Notes: generated by a model not told the origin, from the letters alone. DNA of 62,806 nt, filler included, from Basidiobolus ranarum (GCA_040143965.1; 42 parts of 42 records of this genome joined end to end with filler, not necessarily neighbours in it); one strand, 5' to 3'; shown: positions 12,028 to 25,537, counted from the first letter of the whole stretch. Numbers and translations: made by a program.

Positions 12028-13295
12028 GATGGTAAAAGAGGCTCTGAATAGCCTCATATTTAATTTTAGAGATCTGCAATAGCTGATAAGTACCAGGCTT
12101 TGATTATTAATAAAGTAGTAGTTTGACCAACTTATTTGATGATGGTACATTAATTGGCTGCCAATGGGTGTTTAGAGTTAAATACAACTTTGATGGTAAT
12201 ATAGAAAAGTACAAGGCTGGACTACTACACAAAGGCTGTTCCCAAACACCAGGAATAGCTATATGGACCAGCCAGATAGATTTGGCAATCCAGAATATCT
12301 CACAAAGGCTGGCAGACTTTGGAAAACACTCTATGGCTTAAAATAATTGCCAAGAGCTTAGAATAGCAACATGGATGCTTTTTTAGAAACACCCATTTTC
12401 CAAATAAGTAATGCTGACTATAGTTTCTACTTCAAGCCAAATAAGACAAGCCCAGTTTTATTAGCCCTATTTGTAGATAATCTTATTATAACAGCCAATC
12501 ACTTGAAGACTTTGGAGAAACCAAATCTAGTAAATCTGCCAAATTCAAAATGACCAATCTTGGTGAACTGACTTACTATCTTAGAATTGGAATAGAAATA
12601 GATAGAACTATCAAAACAATAACTTTAAACCAGTCTAAATATATCCTGGATGTACTTAAAATGGAAGCATATACTCCAGTATCTATCCCAACAGAGACAA
12701 CTCTTAACTTGACCAAAAATGACTCAGATCAGACATTCCTCAATTCAAATTAAAGCCTGAAGTTTCCATATACATCTATGGTTAGTAATTTGATATATAT
12801 TATGGTTATAACATGGCCAGATATTGTATATTCTGTGGAAGTTATGTGTCAATATCTTCAAAATTATGGATCTGACTGAATCATAGCAGTTGAGCATATT
12901 TTCTGATATTTGAAAGGTACTATGGATCTGTTTATAAAATACACTTATTTTAGATCAAACTTTGATCAGATGGGATATTTAGATGCAAATTGGGGAAGAA
13001 ATTTAGAGATAGAAGATCTACAACAGGATACTTATTTCTTTGCTGTAATGGAGCTATTTCTTGGAATTCAAAGGAACAAACCCAGCATAGCACTTTCTGC
13101 AATAGAAGCAGAATACATGGCTGCTTGTGAAGCAACAAAAGAAGCTATATACTTAAAAAAACCCTTAACAGATTTGGGCTATTCTCAAAATTTATCATCT
13201 ACAATATTTCAAAATAATGAAGGTTTTATCAAATTAGCTTGAAATCCCACATTTCTTACTAGAAGCAAACATATAGATAATAGACATCATTTTAT
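12028..13295 (+). mobile_element. Decayed copia RT / RNase H, followed by a family B LTR start (13296-13429)
   Basis: IGCQWVFRVKYNFDGNIEKYKA, LALFVDNLII, IALSAIEAEYMAACEATKEAIYL, KHIDNRHHF. Confidence 0.92.
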
Positions 13296-13529
13296 TGTTG
13301 AAATTAGCATTGCCTAAACACCTATATAGTCATATATAGCTTAGTACTTAGTTATCTTATAATTCACTAAGATATTATCAATTATCCTCAATTGGAATTT
13401 ACTTAGAATATTTTTACCAACTTAGAAGTNNNNNNNNNNNNNNNNNNNNNNNNNNNNNNNNNNNNNNNNNNNNTTAATTAATTAANNNNNNNNNNNNNNN
13501 NNNNNNNNNNNNNNNNNNNNNNNNNNNNN

Positions 13530-14931
13530 GTTTTGTGGATCATGAGCACCCTGAGGATGTGTGTAAGCTAAAGAAATCACTTAGTGGACTGAAAAAATCA
13601 TCCATGGCCTGGTATACTAAAATAGACATATACTTGGAATTAATTGATTTCCAAAAGAGTATGGCGGATTTTGGGATCTACTTTAAGACAGATAAGAACA
13701 GTTAGGTGATACTTGCCTTATATGTGGATGATCTGATTATAGCTACCAATATTGATGAAGCTCTCAGGAATACCAAAAGAGATCTATCAGTCCAATTCAA
13801 GATGACAATTTAGGTGAACTTATGTATTCTTTAGGCCTGCATATCTATACAGATATATTGAGCTAATTGATAACTCTGAATCAATCCAAACACATTTCAG
13901 ACATTCTTAGACATTACAGCATGGAGAATTATAAGTCAGTAGAAACTCCTATGGATCCAGGTGTTAAACTAGTCAAAAATCCCATCAAAAATGATGAAAG
14001 TTGGGCAAATATGGCTCAAAATACATCATTTGAAAGCCTTGAACTCCCTTATCAATCCATGGTAGGTAGTTTGACCTATTCTATGGCTGGATCTTGGCCA
14101 GATATCTCTTTTGCAGTGGGAGTAGTCAGCCAACATGGGCAAAACCCAGGATCTGATCATTCTGCAGCAGTTAAGCGGATTTTCAGATATTTGAAGAGGA
14201 TAATTGATCTGTGATTAATCTACACATATTGTTATGAGAATAAGGATCTAATTGGGTTTAGTGATGCAGATTCAGGATGTGATATTGAGGGCAGAAGATC
14301 TATCACTGAATATATCTTTCTCTATAGTGAAGCAGCCATATCTTGGAATAGCAAGACACAATCCACTATGGCACTTTCAACCACTGACACAGAGTCATGA
14401 GAGCATCACATACAACAAAGGAGGCTTTGTGATTAAGGAAACTGCTCAAAGACTTGGGCATATTTCAAAGTTCACCCATCATCATTTTTAAGGATGATAA
14501 AAGTTGTATTTCTTTAGCTAAAAATCCCAAATTTCATGCTCGAAGTAAGCTCATTTATATTCAACATCACTTTGTTAGGGAAGCTATTGAGAATAAGCAT
14601 GTCCAGCAGGAGCACTGTCTGACTGAGGACAAGATTACGCACATCTTTACCAAACCATTACCGAAGCCAAAATTCAAAAAATTAAGATATAAGTTAGGAT
14701 TAAGATATATGGATATTTAGTTGAGTGGGGATATTGAAGTTTATTATCTTTATGATATTTGTTATCTCTATCTTTATACACCTAACTATTCCATATATCA
14801 CATATAAGTTAGTTAGCATTATTTAGTCAAATAGCACTTAGCTGAAATTGAAATGTATATTATATATATATGTCAACAACATGAGAATTAACAATTCCAT
14901 ATTGGAAATTTCAAACCCATCCAAATTGCCC
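13530..14931 (+). mobile_element. Copia family A RT-RNase H, PPT and partial 3' LTR (from 14732)
   Basis: YVDDLII, YQSMVGSL, KNPKFHARSK; PPT TTGAGTGGGGA; homologous to 33032-34429. Confidence 0.93.
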
Positions 14932-15031
14932 NNNNNNNNNNNNNNNNNNNNNNNNNNNNNNNNNNNNNNNNNNNNTTAATTAATTAANNNNNNNNNNNNN
15001 NNNNNNNNNNNNNNNNNNNNNNNNNNNNNNN

Positions 15032-16433
15032 GGTGAAAAATTTGATTTTCTGATGGGGTTTATCTCCTTTGATTTAGATTCCAAGAGTATAACTTAATTC
15101 ACCCATATCAGTCATCTGAAATTGGTTTGATAATCTGCCTTTTGTCTGATTAAGTGCTTCTAGATCAAATGTGGCTATAATCAAGTCATCCACATATGAG
15201 TCCAAGATAAAAAATCTATATTGTGTTGGTGTGTTGTAATTATTAGGATCTGCTGGGAATATTTTGAATTCCAGTGAGGACATATATGTATCTATCTTTT
15301 TGTCACAAGCCCTGGATGCTTACTTGAGTACATATAGCTATTGTGGAGCTTACAGACTATATCAGGGTGTTCTTGGTTAACAAATCCATCTGGATGCTCC
15401 ATATAGATCTCTCCTTCTAGATTTCCATTCAGAAACTCCTTTTACACCTATATGATGTAAATCAAGGTTGTGGATGGCTGAGAGTGCCAGGATTGATCAA
15501 ATGGAGCTAAACTTGGCTATTGGAGCAAATGCTTTATCAAAATGAACTCTTGGAGTCTGGCAATAACTTTTTGAAAGTAATCATGCTTAGTACCTTTCTA
15601 TAGTTCCATCAGCTTGGTTTTTGATTTTTTAGATCAATTTATAACCTGTGGGTTAAGTTCCTGATGGTAGAGGACTTAAAACCAATGTTTCATTGTCCTG
15701 AAGTGAAGAAAACTCAACAGACATTGCTTTTTCTGATACATTTGCTACTGGACACTTTAGACCTTGATCTAGAGTTTGTTGCTTCTCACAGAATGCTGCA
15801 TAAGAGTAAACATCATCATTTGAAGTGCTCCAACAGTTTCCTAGCTTATTCATCCTTGTGGAGAAACTTGTAGAACCTGAATTATCCTCTGATGTGAATA
15901 GGACAGAAAATATGGTTGAATTGGGCTAAGGTCCTGCTGTCAACTTGTCAGACACTTCCAGAATAGAGCTGAATGTGTTTTCTTGGCATAGAGTTGTGAC
16001 TTGAAATGGAAGTTGCTTTTTCTTCAGAAATTGCATATGTGCACTTGATTAACTTCTGATTTTAGGAATCAAACAGTCTAAAGGCCTTAGATCAATAGCA
16101 GTACCCAAGAGGCACACATTTACTGTTTTTGGGTTCCAACTCCAAGCACTCCTGAGCTGGAATGCAGCAATACACTGTACAACTATAGATCCATAGATGA
16201 CCCACACTTGAATTGATCCATATTGGGCTTCAAATGGTATAGAATTTTGTAATAATCTTGTTGGGCATCTTTTTTTGGTATATACTGCAGTGGAGACAGA
16301 TTAAGCCCAAAATTGGTAGTCTAACTTTTGATTATGCAACATTGATCTTGCCATCTCCACTACATTCCTATTAGCACATTCTGCAACTCCATTGTGCTGT
16401 GGAGTATAAAGTAGAGTAGTTTGTTAATAAAAA
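15032..16433 (-). mobile_element. Decayed copia integrase-RT
   Basis: TPQHNGVAE integrase motif and SYVDDLIIAT RT motif; same family as 1629-2512, 50980-51953, 59928-61317. Confidence 0.9.
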
Positions 16434-16533
16434 NNNNNNNNNNNNNNNNNNNNNNNNNNNNNNNNNNNNNNNNNNNNTTAATTAATTAANNNNNNNNNNN
16501 NNNNNNNNNNNNNNNNNNNNNNNNNNNNNNNNN

Positions 16534-17427
16534 CCATATACATAATTTAAGGTCTAATTCTCAGTTCTTGATTCTAGATCCATTATTAGGCTCTGAAACC
16601 TGTGTGGCAGGCTATTCAGGACTACAACTATGATATCTTGAACATTAGTAGGTACTCCAATGCATTCCATTTCATCCCCTAAAATAGTGACCCTGTTAAT
16701 TAGTGATTTAATGTCTTCTCCTGGCTTCATCTTTGAGTTAAAGAATTGTCTTCTTAGAAACCTGTTGTTGGCAGCAAAACTTGTTTGGTAGGTGTCTTCC
16801 AAGGCTTTTGATACCTTCTTTGAAATTTTAGCTCTTGAACATTGAATTAGCAATTTGTCTTTAACATTAAGACAAATTGTTTTAACGGTACTTTGTTCTT
16901 TTTTACCTGGAGTCAAACTTTGGTTTCAGATGGCTTTGCATTATTTTCTTCTCCTACAACAATGTCCCAAAGTCCTTGTTCTTGTAGCAGCATTTTTATT
17001 TTAGTTTTCCAAACTTCATAATTGGTTCCATCCAATTTTTCAGAAGAGGGAAAAGTTCCATAAACTTGAAAAGTAGACATTACAGAGAGTGCAAGGTTGG
17101 GGCTCATAGCTGGTTAAAGTATTTGGGAGCCTGTCGGAAGGAGTTTGGAGAATTAGAGGAATTGGTGGTTTTTACTTATTGATTTATTGAGTTGAAAGTT
17201 GACACTTATAGTTTTTGTCAAGATGTAAACAAACTAACATGTGTGCAAATTTGGGGCTTCTAGCACAAATTTGAAAAATCTATATATCTGAGAACTGCAG
17301 AGTTGGTAAAAATATTCTAAGTAAATTCCAATTGAGATTAATTGATAATATCTTAGTTACTTATAAGATAACTAAGTACTAACATATATAGGACTATATA
17401 GGTGCTTAGGCAATGCTAATTTCAGCA
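16534..17427 (-). mobile_element. Copia family B 5' end: LTR (17112-17427), PBS and gag
   Basis: EKLDGTNYEVWKTKIKMLLQEQGLWDIV and LRRQFFNSKMKPGEDI...LNSLP gag motifs; PBS-like AGCTATGAGCCC next to the LTR. Confidence 0.9.
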
Positions 17428-17934
17428 AGAACAACCCACTGTAGCACTTCCAACAATTTCATTACCTAAAAATCCAAAATTTCATGCATCACTTGGTTAG
17501 GGAAGCTGTTGAGAATAGGCATGTCCAACCGGAGTACTGTTCAACTGAAGACAAGATTGATGATATCCTTGCCAAACCATTATCCAAGCCAAAATTTGAA
17601 GAATTAAGATTTAAGTTAGGATTAAGATATATGAATATTTAGTTGAGTTGTAGTGTTGAAGTCTATTGTCTTTATCATACTTGTTATCTCTATCTTTATA
17701 CACCTAACTACTTCATGTATCACATATAAGTTAGTTAACACTACTTAGTCAAATATCACTTAGCTAAAAATCAGAACATATATTATATATATGTGAATAA
17801 TGTGACAATTAGCAATTCCATATTGGAAATTTCAAACTTGTCCAAATTGCCCCAAAGATAGCTCATTTTACTCCCACAGATGTTCTGAACACAACCCCAG
17901 TGTTAGTTTGCTGTATTTCCACCAAAATGTATAA
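17428..17934 (+). mobile_element. Copia family A RNase H end, PPT and partial 3' LTR (from 17654)
   Basis: Homologous to about 14500-14931 with internal deletions. Confidence 0.85.
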
Positions 17935-19535
17935 NNNNNNNNNNNNNNNNNNNNNNNNNNNNNNNNNNNNNNNNNNNNTTAATTAATTAANNNNNNNNNN
18001 NNNNNNNNNNNNNNNNNNNNNNNNNNNNNNNNNNGCTCAGAGAGTTAGGATCCAAGGTGTCAAGCTAAATATTGGCACGCAATCAACCATGTTTAATCCG
18101 CTTTGTTGATCGCATAGATCCGCATATCTTCCCCACTACTATTGAGCTGAGCTAAAGTGTAGCTGTCATGATGCTTCAACAGTAAAAGATTCATTTATAG
18201 TTATACGGGAGAATTACACCAATTAAGGTAAAATCCGGATCAAACTTACTATATATGGCTTTCATGTTGCCGACGCACAAATTTCAGAAAATAAATATTA
18301 ATTCACAAATCTGTCGATCCAAACTACTGAAACTAAACACTTGGTAGAATCATTATAATTCTTATAATGATACCCGGAAGCTTGAAACATCTCCATGTGA
18401 AAATATTCTCTCCACCGATTATTGCAAGAGAAACTATGGAGCCTTCCTTTTCAGCATACCTTGAAAATCATCACCCCTTTCCATCTTTTCAATGGCAAGG
18501 GCTGTACAGAAGGTATCCAAATATGCAACCTGTATTTAATAACTCGAACTACTATGTGTACCCCTCTAGCTGAAACAGCTTATTGGTTATCCATTTATAT
18601 TGGCATTTGTCTCCTTTAGCTCTGTTCCCAGTAAAATGGGGTTAGAGTAAAGGAACTAAGTAGGGTTGGATATAGTAATAAGCAAAGATCTTCAACATAC
18701 GTAATAGGTGGTAAGCATGGGAAATATAAAGAATATACAGTAGTCGATGGTATGAAGTCTCGAGGAATAGCTTACCTGGATGCATATAGCGGTATGATGA
18801 ACGTAAGGATTAGGTGACGGTTTGAACTGATACGCCTCAGAGTCGAGATGCAGTAAGGGAACCTGTTCGGGTAATACGGAATATAGAACATTTATAAGAG
18901 TGAAATTAAGCGAGTTACTACAGGAGATGAGGAGAATACCTATCGCGTTGAATGCTATGTGTTATGATACGTATTTCAAGAGTACGGTAAGGTACTTCAT
19001 GACGTCATGAGATTATCATTGAAGTGGAAGGGTTTGTTGTACAGCAAATATATTCCTGGATGATTACTCTCACTGTACCTCAAGGCCACTGATCATTAAC
19101 ATATAGTGATAATTTTCTCTATTCCCAAGTCCCTAAATCAAGAATACCAAGCTCTCTACTGTCATGTGGTGCCATCAAGCTTGATAAAGCTGTTTAGATC
19201 TACTAAGCTATTCTGACACAATTGCTGTATTGTTATTATTCTCTTGAAAGATTTGAGAGGCATTTTCTAATCTTTCTATGCTAAATAACTAAAAGTGCAG
19301 GATTCTGCTTAACTCTCGAGTAAGAACAACCTGCTCCCTATATATCTTGGTTAAAGAGTGCTGCTCTGTTGAAATTTGAAGAGGTGTAGTGAATTTTGTG
19401 ACAAATGGAATAGAATTGGAGCCATGATTTGGTACNNNNNNNNNNNNNNNNNNNNNNNNNNNNNNNNNNNNNNNNNNNNTTAATTAATTAANNNNNNNNN
19501 NNNNNNNNNNNNNNNNNNNNNNNNNNNNNNNNNNN

Positions 19536-20936
19536 TCCCATACTCGACATTTGTTATCACCATACCCTTCGTCATTTGTCGATAGTATTTAGTGCTTTGT
19601 AGACTTTTCTTAAAGTGTTGCTTATACCAGTCGTTTGTTATCACCATACCCGTTGTCATTTATAAGCTGTCCTTAAGACTCGTAAACTCTTTTACAAGTG
19701 TTTCCCATACCGCTTGTTTGTTATCACCATACCCTTCGTTTGTTTCAGTAGGCTCTAGCATTTTGTAAACTCTGCATTAAGTGTTTCTTATACCCATCAT
19801 CATTTGTCAGTAGTCTTTACCACTGCGTGCATTCTCTTTTTAGTGTATCCCATACCGCTCGTTTATTGGCAGAGTAACAATTTTGCGGTACTATTGTTTC
19901 CTCTACCCGTTGTTTCTTGACACCATACCCTTCGACATTAATCAGTTTTCTTACGCACTTTGTAGACTCTGCTTGGAATATTTCCCATACCCGTTGTTTC
20001 TTGGCATCATACCCTTCGATATTTGCCAATAATCTCTCGCACTGCATAGGCTCTCCTTCGGGTGTTTCCTATATCTATCATTTTTTGACACAGTACCGCG
20101 TGTCATTTTACTCAACTTTAAGCGTTTCCCATACCAGTTGTTTCTAGACTCTGTTTGAAGTGTTTCCCATACCCGTTGTTCTTGGCACTCAGCAGTCGTT
20201 AGCACTTTATAAACTCTTCTTTAAGCTTTTCCCATACCGCTGGCTTTTGGCACCATACTTTTCTCTTTTATCAATAGGTTTTGCACTTTGTAGCATCTGT
20301 TTTTAATGTTTCCCAGCGCTTTGTGAACTCTACTTTAAGTGCTTTCCATACCCATCGCTTCTTGCACCATACTCTTTGCCACTTATTGGTGGTTTTTAGC
20401 AGTACATAAACTCTTTTTTAAGTGTTCTTCACACTCACTGTTTATTACACCCGTTATTCCTGGCACCATGCTCATTATCATCTGTCGGTAGTCTTACCAC
20501 TTTATTGGCTTTCATTTAAGTGTTTCCCATACCCATGATTTATGACACCATACTCTTCATCGTTTGTCATTGATCTTTAGCTCCCCGTATACTCTCCATT
20601 AAGTGTTTCCCATACCCTTCGTTCTTGGCACCATACTCTTCATTATTTTTTTAGTGGTTTTTAGCTCTCCGTATACTCTTCATTAAGTGTTTCCTATACC
20701 CGTCGTTTGTGGTACCATACTCTTCATCATTTGTTCGTAATCTTTAACTCTTCACAGCCTCTCCTTTTAGTGCTTCCCATACCCGTCGTTCTTGGCACCA
20801 TACTCTTCATCTTTTGTTAATGGTCTTTAGCTCTCCGTATACTCTCCTTTAAGTATTTCCCATACCGCTCATTCCCTAGCACCATACCCTCACCATAACT
20901 TTCATACCTGCCGTTGATAATCACCGTACCCTTTGT
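19536..20936. repeat. Diverged tandem array, unit about 83-85 bp with some truncated units
   Basis: TTAAGTGTTTCCCATACCCGTCGTTCTTGGCACCATACTCTTCA-like core recurs at about 84-bp spacing (e.g. near 20522, 20605, 20690, 20773, 20856); fills the whole contig. Confidence 0.93.
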
Positions 20937-21036
20937 NNNNNNNNNNNNNNNNNNNNNNNNNNNNNNNNNNNNNNNNNNNNTTAATTAATTAANNNNNNNN
21001 NNNNNNNNNNNNNNNNNNNNNNNNNNNNNNNNNNNN

Positions 21037-22159
21037 AATCTTTTATCTGGTGTCCTGGTTTGTTACAACCATAGCATAAACCTGGCTTCATTCTGTTGTG
21101 ACCTTTGTAGTTGCCATAGGGATATTTTCCAGCTCTATAAAGAGCCACTTGCTGAGATTCTTTGTCCAAATTCTGACTTCTGAGATGTTGATCCATTAGT
21201 CTTGCTACCACAAACTCCAAAGACAACCTGTCAGATCTTGCTTCCAAAGCTGTGACCAAGTTTGAATACTGTTCTAGTAGACTACTTACCAGATTCATAA
21301 TGACATCTTCTTCCTGTAAAGTTGCACCAAAAGTTTCCAGTTGTTTTGCCAAAGATCTCACATTTGCAATATGAGTAACCATGCTTACAGACTTTTCCAT
21401 TTTTAAATTGAAGAATTTTTGTCTGAGAAAGAGTCTATTAGTCAGTCTTTTGCTTCATAACACTCTTCCAATATAGTCCAAGCTGGATAGGAAGTCTTTG
21501 TATATTGAATACGCACAAGTTGTGAAATCTTCAAACTTTAACAAATGACATTGAAGGCCTTCTTGTCTCTTTTCTTGTAAGCTTCCAATAAAGAAGGGTC
21601 AGAGGGTTCCTTTTCATCTCTGGAGACTAAATCCCAAAGCTCCCTGTCTTCCAGCATGATGTGCATCTTGAACTTCCAGAAACTGTATTTTTCTCCATCA
21701 AGCTTTTCAACACTTGAGTTAATAAAAGTGGGAGTAGTGGTTTCTGTAATGCTATAAAGGTTAGAACAGGGGTCTCTTAACCAATTGGGAAAATAAGCGC
21801 TGTTTGGAGGAATTTTAGAAAAGTGGAGTTGTGTGTAGCTTTGTGAGATAATTGTTTATGGACCAGAAATAATGCATTTTTACATTTTGATGGAAATACA
21901 GAAATCTAATGCTGGGGTTGTGTTTAGAACATCTGTGGAGGTAAAATGAGCTATCTTTTGGGCAATTTGGATGAGTTTGAAACTTCCAATATCAAATTGC
22001 TAATTCTCACATTTTTACATATATACAAAACATATGTTCCGATTTTCAGCTAAGTGATATTTGACTAAGTTTTGTTAACTAACTTTTATGTGATATATGA
22101 AATAGTTAGGTGTATAAAGATAGAGATAACAAACATGACAAAGACAATAAACTTCAACA
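21037..22159 (-). mobile_element. Copia family A 5' end: LTR (21783-22159), degenerate PBS, gag with CCHC knuckle
   Basis: Gag THIANVRSLAKQL...LVSSLLEQYSNLVTALE and CYGCNKPGHQIKD. Confidence 0.92.
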
Positions 22160-22249
22160 GTAAATCCCCTGATGACTCATCTGTGACACCAACCCAGAAT
22201 CAGCTGATGATATTAATGGGATATGCCTAAAATAGCACCCTTAGACAGG

Positions 22250-22437
22250 CCCTAACAAAAATAAAATCAATTTGATCTGTATTGGATCCACCCTCCAAAA
22301 TAGCAACACCATCAGAGAACCATCACGATATTAGTGGCTTGCAATCTGCCAGGGATTTTGATGGTATGACAATGGTTTTTTGATGGTATTTTGATGGTAT
22401 TCATACATGTTGAAATATTGATCCTCAAATTTGGCAT
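22250..22437 (+). mobile_element. CMC/EnSpm-like transposon second end (CCCTAACAAAAATAA)
   Basis: Same terminus at 23559, 56107 and, reversed, 45191; here it sits in a transposase 5' fragment of the same family (22160-22249). Confidence 0.75.
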
Positions 22438-22645
22438 NNNNNNNNNNNNNNNNNNNNNNNNNNNNNNNNNNNNNNNNNNNNTTAATTAATTAANNNNNNN
22501 NNNNNNNNNNNNNNNNNNNNNNNNNNNNNNNNNNNNNATCAAATCTAACTTGACAATTTTATGATGGTAAGTAAACGGTCAATCCCAAATGGATTAAAAT
22601 TGTGACGGTTTTCCTACAATAACAATCCTCAAATTTCTGTTAGGG

Positions 22646-23558
22646 TATTGCTATAAGAGTTGTATTTAAGTATAAACGTGCAGTTGCAGCTAAATGATTT
22701 TTTATTGTCAGGTAAGTTGGTCAAAATTGTAGGTTGATGATCAATCAAAGCCAGGTACTCATCAGCCATTACAGTTCTCCAAAATTTTTTGTGGGGGCTA
22801 TTAATGTCTGTTTGACAGTCCAGAGGTCATGTATTTGAGCTATGTAGGCATACGCCTAATCTTGGAACTAATTGGTATAGCAACCAGGGCTATTTCTGAT
22901 CCCTTTTAATCTCCTGGCTTGGGATAAAGGTGCAACACCTTCCAGCATTGTATTGGATACTTCTATAGGCAGAATTTTGGTTCAAGGGTCCACCGGAAAG
23001 CTATTTTCTTCATTGCTTTAGTTTGAATCAACATGAGTGATTGAATCAGGAGTAAATTGAATTTATCATCAGTTGAGATCATTTCAGGTGAACATCTTTC
23101 AATTTCATCAAGCAAAGCATCCCCAGACTTGTTTAACATTAATATCTTGGTATCATAGAATCTGTAAGCCTTTTTGAGTACTAAAACCCAAAAATATGTA
23201 TTTCTTACTTTTGGATCAAATTTAGACCAATTTTTTGTCATAATTTGGACATATGTAAAGCATCCAAAAATCTTCAAATATATTACATCAGGTTTAACTC
23301 CAAATCAAGCTTGATATGGTGTAGAGTTGGACAGACTTCTAGTACAAATGCTATTCTTCAAATATACAGCTGTAGCAACATATTCTGCCAAAATATTATG
23401 AGACAAACTTTGTGCCTTCATCATAGATGTTGCCATTTTCAGTATGATCCTGTTAGCTCTTTTGGCAACTCCATTTTGTTGAGGTGAATAGGAAGCAGTA
23501 GTCTCTTGCTCAATTGAAGAAACTGTGCAAAGTGATTTAATAGTGCTGAAATATATTG
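22646..23558 (-). mobile_element. Decayed copia integrase-RT between two CMC ends
   Basis: LKIFGCFTYVQI...KFDPK and KAYRFYD motifs; CMC termini at 22645 and 23559 both face away from it. Confidence 0.85.
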
Positions 23559-24037
23559 CCCAACAAAAATAAAATTGATTTTATCGGGATTGGATCCACC
23601 CTCCAAAATAGCAAAACCATCAGAGAACCATCACAATATTGGTGGCTTGCTTTTGTCCAGGGATTTTAATACTGTGATGGTGGTTTCTTGATGGTTTTTA
23701 TACATGTTAAAACTTTGATCCTCAAATTTGCATGCATTATTCAATATCTGGCAATTTTTCCAAAAATATTGTGGGGCTGGTGTAGACATAATACTTACTG
23801 TGTTGGGAGGGGGAAGTTTTAAAACCACAAGTTTCTCTAGGAATGATAATCACAATGCAATGTCCAACTTTCTGTTGAAGAAATGATTGGTGCCTTGACA
23901 AAAGAATATGCTGGTATCAATGTCCTTTGATCTTGATNNNNNNNNNNNNNNNNNNNNNNNNNNNNNNNNNNNNNNNNNNNNTTAATTAATTAANNNNNNN
24001 NNNNNNNNNNNNNNNNNNNNNNNNNNNNNNNNNNNNN

Positions 24038-25158
24038 GGCTACTTTGCTGTTCCCTTGGGTTTATTAACTTCCTGCTCCTTGAGTACTTCTTTAACTGCT
24101 TTTCTTTCTTTTCCAAGTTGATAATTTGATACACTTTTGAGATGTTTCATTAATAGGCTTATACTAGCCCAATTGCCAATTACTTGCAAAGACCCAGGAT
24201 AGGCCACATGAAATAAGTTAAGAACCTTTGGAGTAGTTCCTAGTTTTTGGTTTTACTACAGTTGGCTCAAATCCAGGTGATTTTGGGCAAGATTCAACAC
24301 AGTTTCCAAAATGCTAAACCACTCATCATCAGAGCAAGTGATGGCAGCTCTGACATTCAGAGTCTTTAGGTTTGCCAGTTTTCCTATGAGATTTCTACTT
24401 TCATGTGCCCAATCATTTTTGGGTTGTTGTGGAGGCTTAATGGTCCAACACATATTCTGCTATGCTAGATTGTCACAGTAAAGTTCATATTTATGGTGTG
24501 GGATTGATTGAAATCCCACATGAGTATGGACAGAGGGAGCAGCATGTTGCTATAGCTCAAGTACAGCATTCTGAAGGTCTTGTATCATGGTTGAGTGAGT
24601 CTCTAACTGTTGACTAGTTGCTTCCAAATGCTGCACTAAATGCAATATTGCGGAGTTTGTGCTTGTCATGGCCCATATAACAGCTTCACTGTTTTTACTT
24701 ATGCTTGCTTACAAATCATTATGGTGTTCTGCCTGCAATTGCATTTTTATAATGCTATCCAAATTTTCCACAGAGGGTTGTTTAATAGTGGGCAAGGTAG
24801 CCATTTTGGAAGTTGCTGGTCTTGATGGTGTTTTGGCTGAACTTTGCTCAACTATTGATTTACTATGTAATTAGGGGATTACAATCTCTTCACTTGCACC
24901 ATTGCTGGAAAGGAACACACCTAGTAAATTGATAATTGCTTCATCTTTGAGTTAGTTTCTGGCATGTTAATGCCTTACAAAGTGGATAGTAGATTGCTAG
25001 ACTACTCATCAATCAATTTGTCTGTTCTTGCTGGTTTTTTTCCTTTTGTGCCAGCAGTCTTTGGCTTGAAAGCCAATTTTGACTCAAATTTTGAACACTT
25101 TTTGAATGTCATTGAAATTTTCAGATGGAAAACTTGGTGTAATGAAATTGGTTAGAAA
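24038..25158 (-). mobile_element. CMC-element accessory ORF (ORF2), 5' part, decayed
   Basis: Right end is the reverse complement of sequence next to the transposase 5' end at 28345-28435 and 53720-53863; ATG at 25112; further copies at 31534-31840 and 61869-62630. Confidence 0.7.
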
Positions 25159-25537
25159 TGTTGAAATTAGGTAAATAGCAACTCATTATTTAGTAGTTAG
25201 TTTATTCATATTCTGATTATTTAGCACTTAATTCTGTTATTCAAAAACGTGTGTTTATTGCTCTAATCGATAGAAATATCAATTAGATCACTTTTACCAA
25301 TTTTCACTATTTTCTCAAAACTTCTTCAAATCACCTCAAATTTTCACCCATGCTTAACAGGCATGTTTGTTATGATCTAAGCACGTCCAATAGTCCTATT
25401 TCATAGTAAACTATAAATAGGACATATTCAATTCAATNNNNNNNNNNNNNNNNNNNNNNNNNNNNNNNNNNNNNNNNNNNNTTAATTAATTAANNNNNNN
25501 NNNNNNNNNNNNNNNNNNNNNNNNNNNNNNNNNNNNN

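Noticed and set aside
19536-20936. CRISPR array
   Set aside because: The segments between the conserved cores are homologous to each other, the cores are themselves diverged, there are no cas genes, and the context is eukaryotic.
22538-23769. Composite DNA transposon carrying a copia fragment
   Set aside because: Both CMC termini face away from the copia segment, so it lies outside both elements; two independent insertions.
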